A stretch of 64,000 bases of DNA from Tubiluchus corallicola (lineage: Eukaryota > Animalia > Priapulida). A program made the position numbers and the translations under genes. Where the stretch lies: positions 186,001 to 250,000 of the forward strand of contig JAQGDQ010000044.1 of the NCBI GenBank assembly GCA_030141605.1. Reading direction: 5' to 3'. Under the pieces are notes generated by a model. It was not told the DNA's origin, did not search any database, and saw only the letters and a program-made list of their open reading frames with translations. Positions within the stretch are counted from its first letter, which is position 1; each line of letters begins with the position of its first letter. This document shows positions 61,501 through 64,000 of this stretch, piece after piece.

Positions 61501-63671
61501 TGTGTCAACTTTTTTGTCTAGCTGATCAGTTATTTGTTGATATCCCATATAAGTAGAAATAAGTGCCGAAAAGTATCAAATAAGGAAGAAATCAGATTTT
61601 TTCTAAACTTGTTTTCTCTAAAAGTTTTGTGAATTGTTTGTGCAGCACAAATTGGAAATGCTGATATAATTCAACCAGGGTTAGTGCAATTACAGCCGCA
61701 GCCAAACCTAGAAGATTTGATGGATTTTGAGCCTCTCCATGGTGAGTTTTTTGATGTGGTCGAGTTTTTTGCTTTCTTAAAATTTAAATCATTTTTTTCA
61801 GTTGTGGTCAGTTCATTATTAAAAATATTGTGAAAACTGCCCAAGATTGTCAGCCAAAGTTATTAGTAATAATAATTTAACAAACTTAAAGTCGTAGCCT
61901 TTTGCCAATTACTTTCATGCTGACATTCAATAAGCCTTTTATGTTTCTGTCCCAAGGGAATAGCTAACTGAACATTGTCGAGCAGTTAGCAACATAGCAA
62001 CTAAAGTTGAGCAGTGCCAAACTTGGTTAATAAATTAATGGGTGAATTTTGAAGTTTAGCCTTTTAACTGCATGATTATGGCCCAATTCGGTACTTATGT
62101 GATATCATCTTTGTATTTTACAGAAATGCTAGATAAGACCGTCGAGCTTGTCAACAATCCTAGTTTGTTTGCCGAAGAGTTGGGCATGTTTCTGAGCAGT
62201 CAACAACGAGGCAGCGACCCCAATATTTACACTGGTGACTTTCAGGTCAACATGGGCACGCTCAGTCCCGAATATGTTGAGCTGGCGTCCGGTGACAACG
62301 TCCTACTAGCCAGTAATGTAACGAGTCCTTCTTCAGCCAATTTCTCCACCACATCTCCTCAGAACGTGCCTTCCTGCTCAAATACTAGTCAAGGTTTCGT
62401 AAGCATTGATGATTACAATGCCATCGTCGGGATGCCATACTCGCAGTCATCGGTTCAACAGTTTCCGATGGACAGTACACCTTCATACAGCAACATACAA
62501 CTCGACAGCTCAAAATACGTACCCGGTACAATGCTGCAAGCAGATCAGCAGTATGGTATGACCCCCGTGCGAACATCGCCGATCTTGCCCACATCGCAAC
62601 AGGGAATAACTGTGCAGACTGGTAGGACGACGTCCGTGACATCATTGGCTCGCGAGAATGATATCACACCCACGTCTTTAGTTATGACTTCGGCACAAAT
62701 GCCATCTCAGCAGAATCAGGTAATCTGACTTGTTTTCTAGTATTTGTTCAAAGTGTGATGAAACATGATCCAAGTTTCATCATTTTCCTTAAGTGAGAGT
62801 TCATCATATTTTCACTATCTAGATAAGTTTTGTAAGTGCGTAAGTCCTTAAAGTTAGTTGTTTCTCAGAAACAGCTGATAAATTGTCGAAGATACAGCGT
62901 ATCTTGGCACATTGTATATATGCAGAATATTTTATTGTTTATATTTTTTGTTTAATTTATTTTTGCGACGTTTTTTGGAATAAGATGAATATTTGATTTT
63001 TATTTTATTACATAAAATCATAACACTATGTCCATTGTGACCCAAGTGAGATTAGTAATTACCCAACAAACTGTTATTATAAATTAAAAAACTAATAAAG
63101 TGTCATTAGTTTCCATTATGTTCTGTGACTGTGGCTAATGATTCTATGCATTTCCACATTTCCTTGCATTTCTGTGTTTTTTCTACGCGCTTGTATCCTT
63201 TTTAGAGCAATGTCTTTTTATTAGTAGTATAATTAAAGACTCCCCCAAAAAATTACTTCTAGTGTTTCCATATTTTTTCTTTTCATCCTTTTTTCCTTCA
63301 CCCGAAGAACTGCAGTTATAGTTGAAAAGTTGTTTTTCTTTCTCTTTCTCCTCTTTTTTAATTTAAGGAATTTTTTATCCCTTAATATTTGACATCTTTT
63401 TTCTTAACAAATATTCTTAGTTCTTTAAATAGTTTGTTCTTTCAAGGCCATTATTATCATGCCGAACACATATGCACCGAAGCCAGTCGAGTCCTTTGCC
63501 ATACCGAAGCCATCAAAATCATCACGACAGCCAAAGAAGATTGCACCAGCACCAGCCGCACAGCCATCGGTCCCAACCACATCGTTATTGGCAATGAACG
63601 TGTTGCCGCAGCAGCAACCGCCGGTGACTTTGCAAACTTTGCTGTCTGCAGGAACTTCTAAACCTGGTAGG
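55535..63671 (+). CDS. MLXIP: Mondo family (MondoA/ChREBP, MLX-interacting protein) transcription factor, 5' part; bHLH-ZIP lies beyond the window
   Basis: Exons 55535 (or 55595)-55836, 57276-57382, 58203-58279 (GC donor), 59158-59268, 59939-60143, 61646-61741, 62124-62719, 63447 to about 63667/63671. Mondo conserved regions: IHSGHFMIS, IDASLAKLFECMSLAY, SGKLTSPKWKNFKG..WKDKIRLNNVIWRCW, CQF, EGMYWKRK...EYKRWR, DTLFSTL..FPN.RE, GNADIIQPGLVQLQP; FAIPK motif in the last exon. Confidence 0.95.
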
Positions 63672-64000
63672 TAAAATGTTATCAGTGTGCCCGGCAAGTT
63701 ATGCAATTCGGTCATTTGTGTTAAGTGGGAGTGCAGTTTTTCAAATGTGATTACTTTTCTTGGTGAGATTGAATGAACTTTTCAGCAACATCATTGTATG
63801 CAGTAAAGAACCAAACTTTAGAACAAATTTTGCATGCATTTCGTATTGCCAATAATCCACGTATACTGTTAGTAATACTGTTCACATCTACTTCACTGAT
63901 TTTAAGTATCTTGAAATTAAGATTCTAAATAATTAGGTACCACGTATTATAGTAGGCTTTAAATTTACTAGAAAAAATAATTTAGTTATCCTGCAAATTA

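Noticed and set aside
62385-63715. Minus-strand and alternative-frame ORFs over Mondo exons
   Set aside because: Shadow frames of real plus-strand coding exons.

Overview
AT-rich, intron-rich invertebrate animal (probably protostome) genomic DNA with many microsatellites and decayed transposons. Spliced genes reconstructed by hand: (1) an anion-selective Cys-loop channel subunit of the GluCl/GlyR type (+, 4931-13429); (2) an 8-exon secreted chymotrypsin-like S1 serine protease with 17 cysteines in the catalytic domain, which the ORF track does not report (-, 19520-27179); (3,4) two tandem secreted Cys-rich peptide precursors, each with a single coding exon (+, 32172-32612 and 35246-35569), whose C-xn-CxxC-xn-CC-x8-C framework matches the CHH/ITP-derived helical 'HAND' toxin scaffold (centipede SLPTX3/Ssm6a type); (5) a disordered protein I do not recognise (-, 37353-39226); (6) SLC66A2/PQLC1 (-, 49041-51460); (7) the 5' half of Mondo/MLXIP (+, 55535 onward, running off the window), which has a GC-AG intron. 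The best candidate for an undescribed system is the head-to-head cluster of the Cys-rich protease and the two HAND/CHH-like peptides, possibly a venom or gland-secretion locus. Mobile DNA includes Harbinger, hAT MITEs, a solo LTR carrying three RFX X-boxes, RTE, Tx1 and CR1 LINE fragments, an internally deleted mariner, Helentron-type HINEs and tRNA-derived SINE heads. All family assignments rest on recalled motifs, not database searches.
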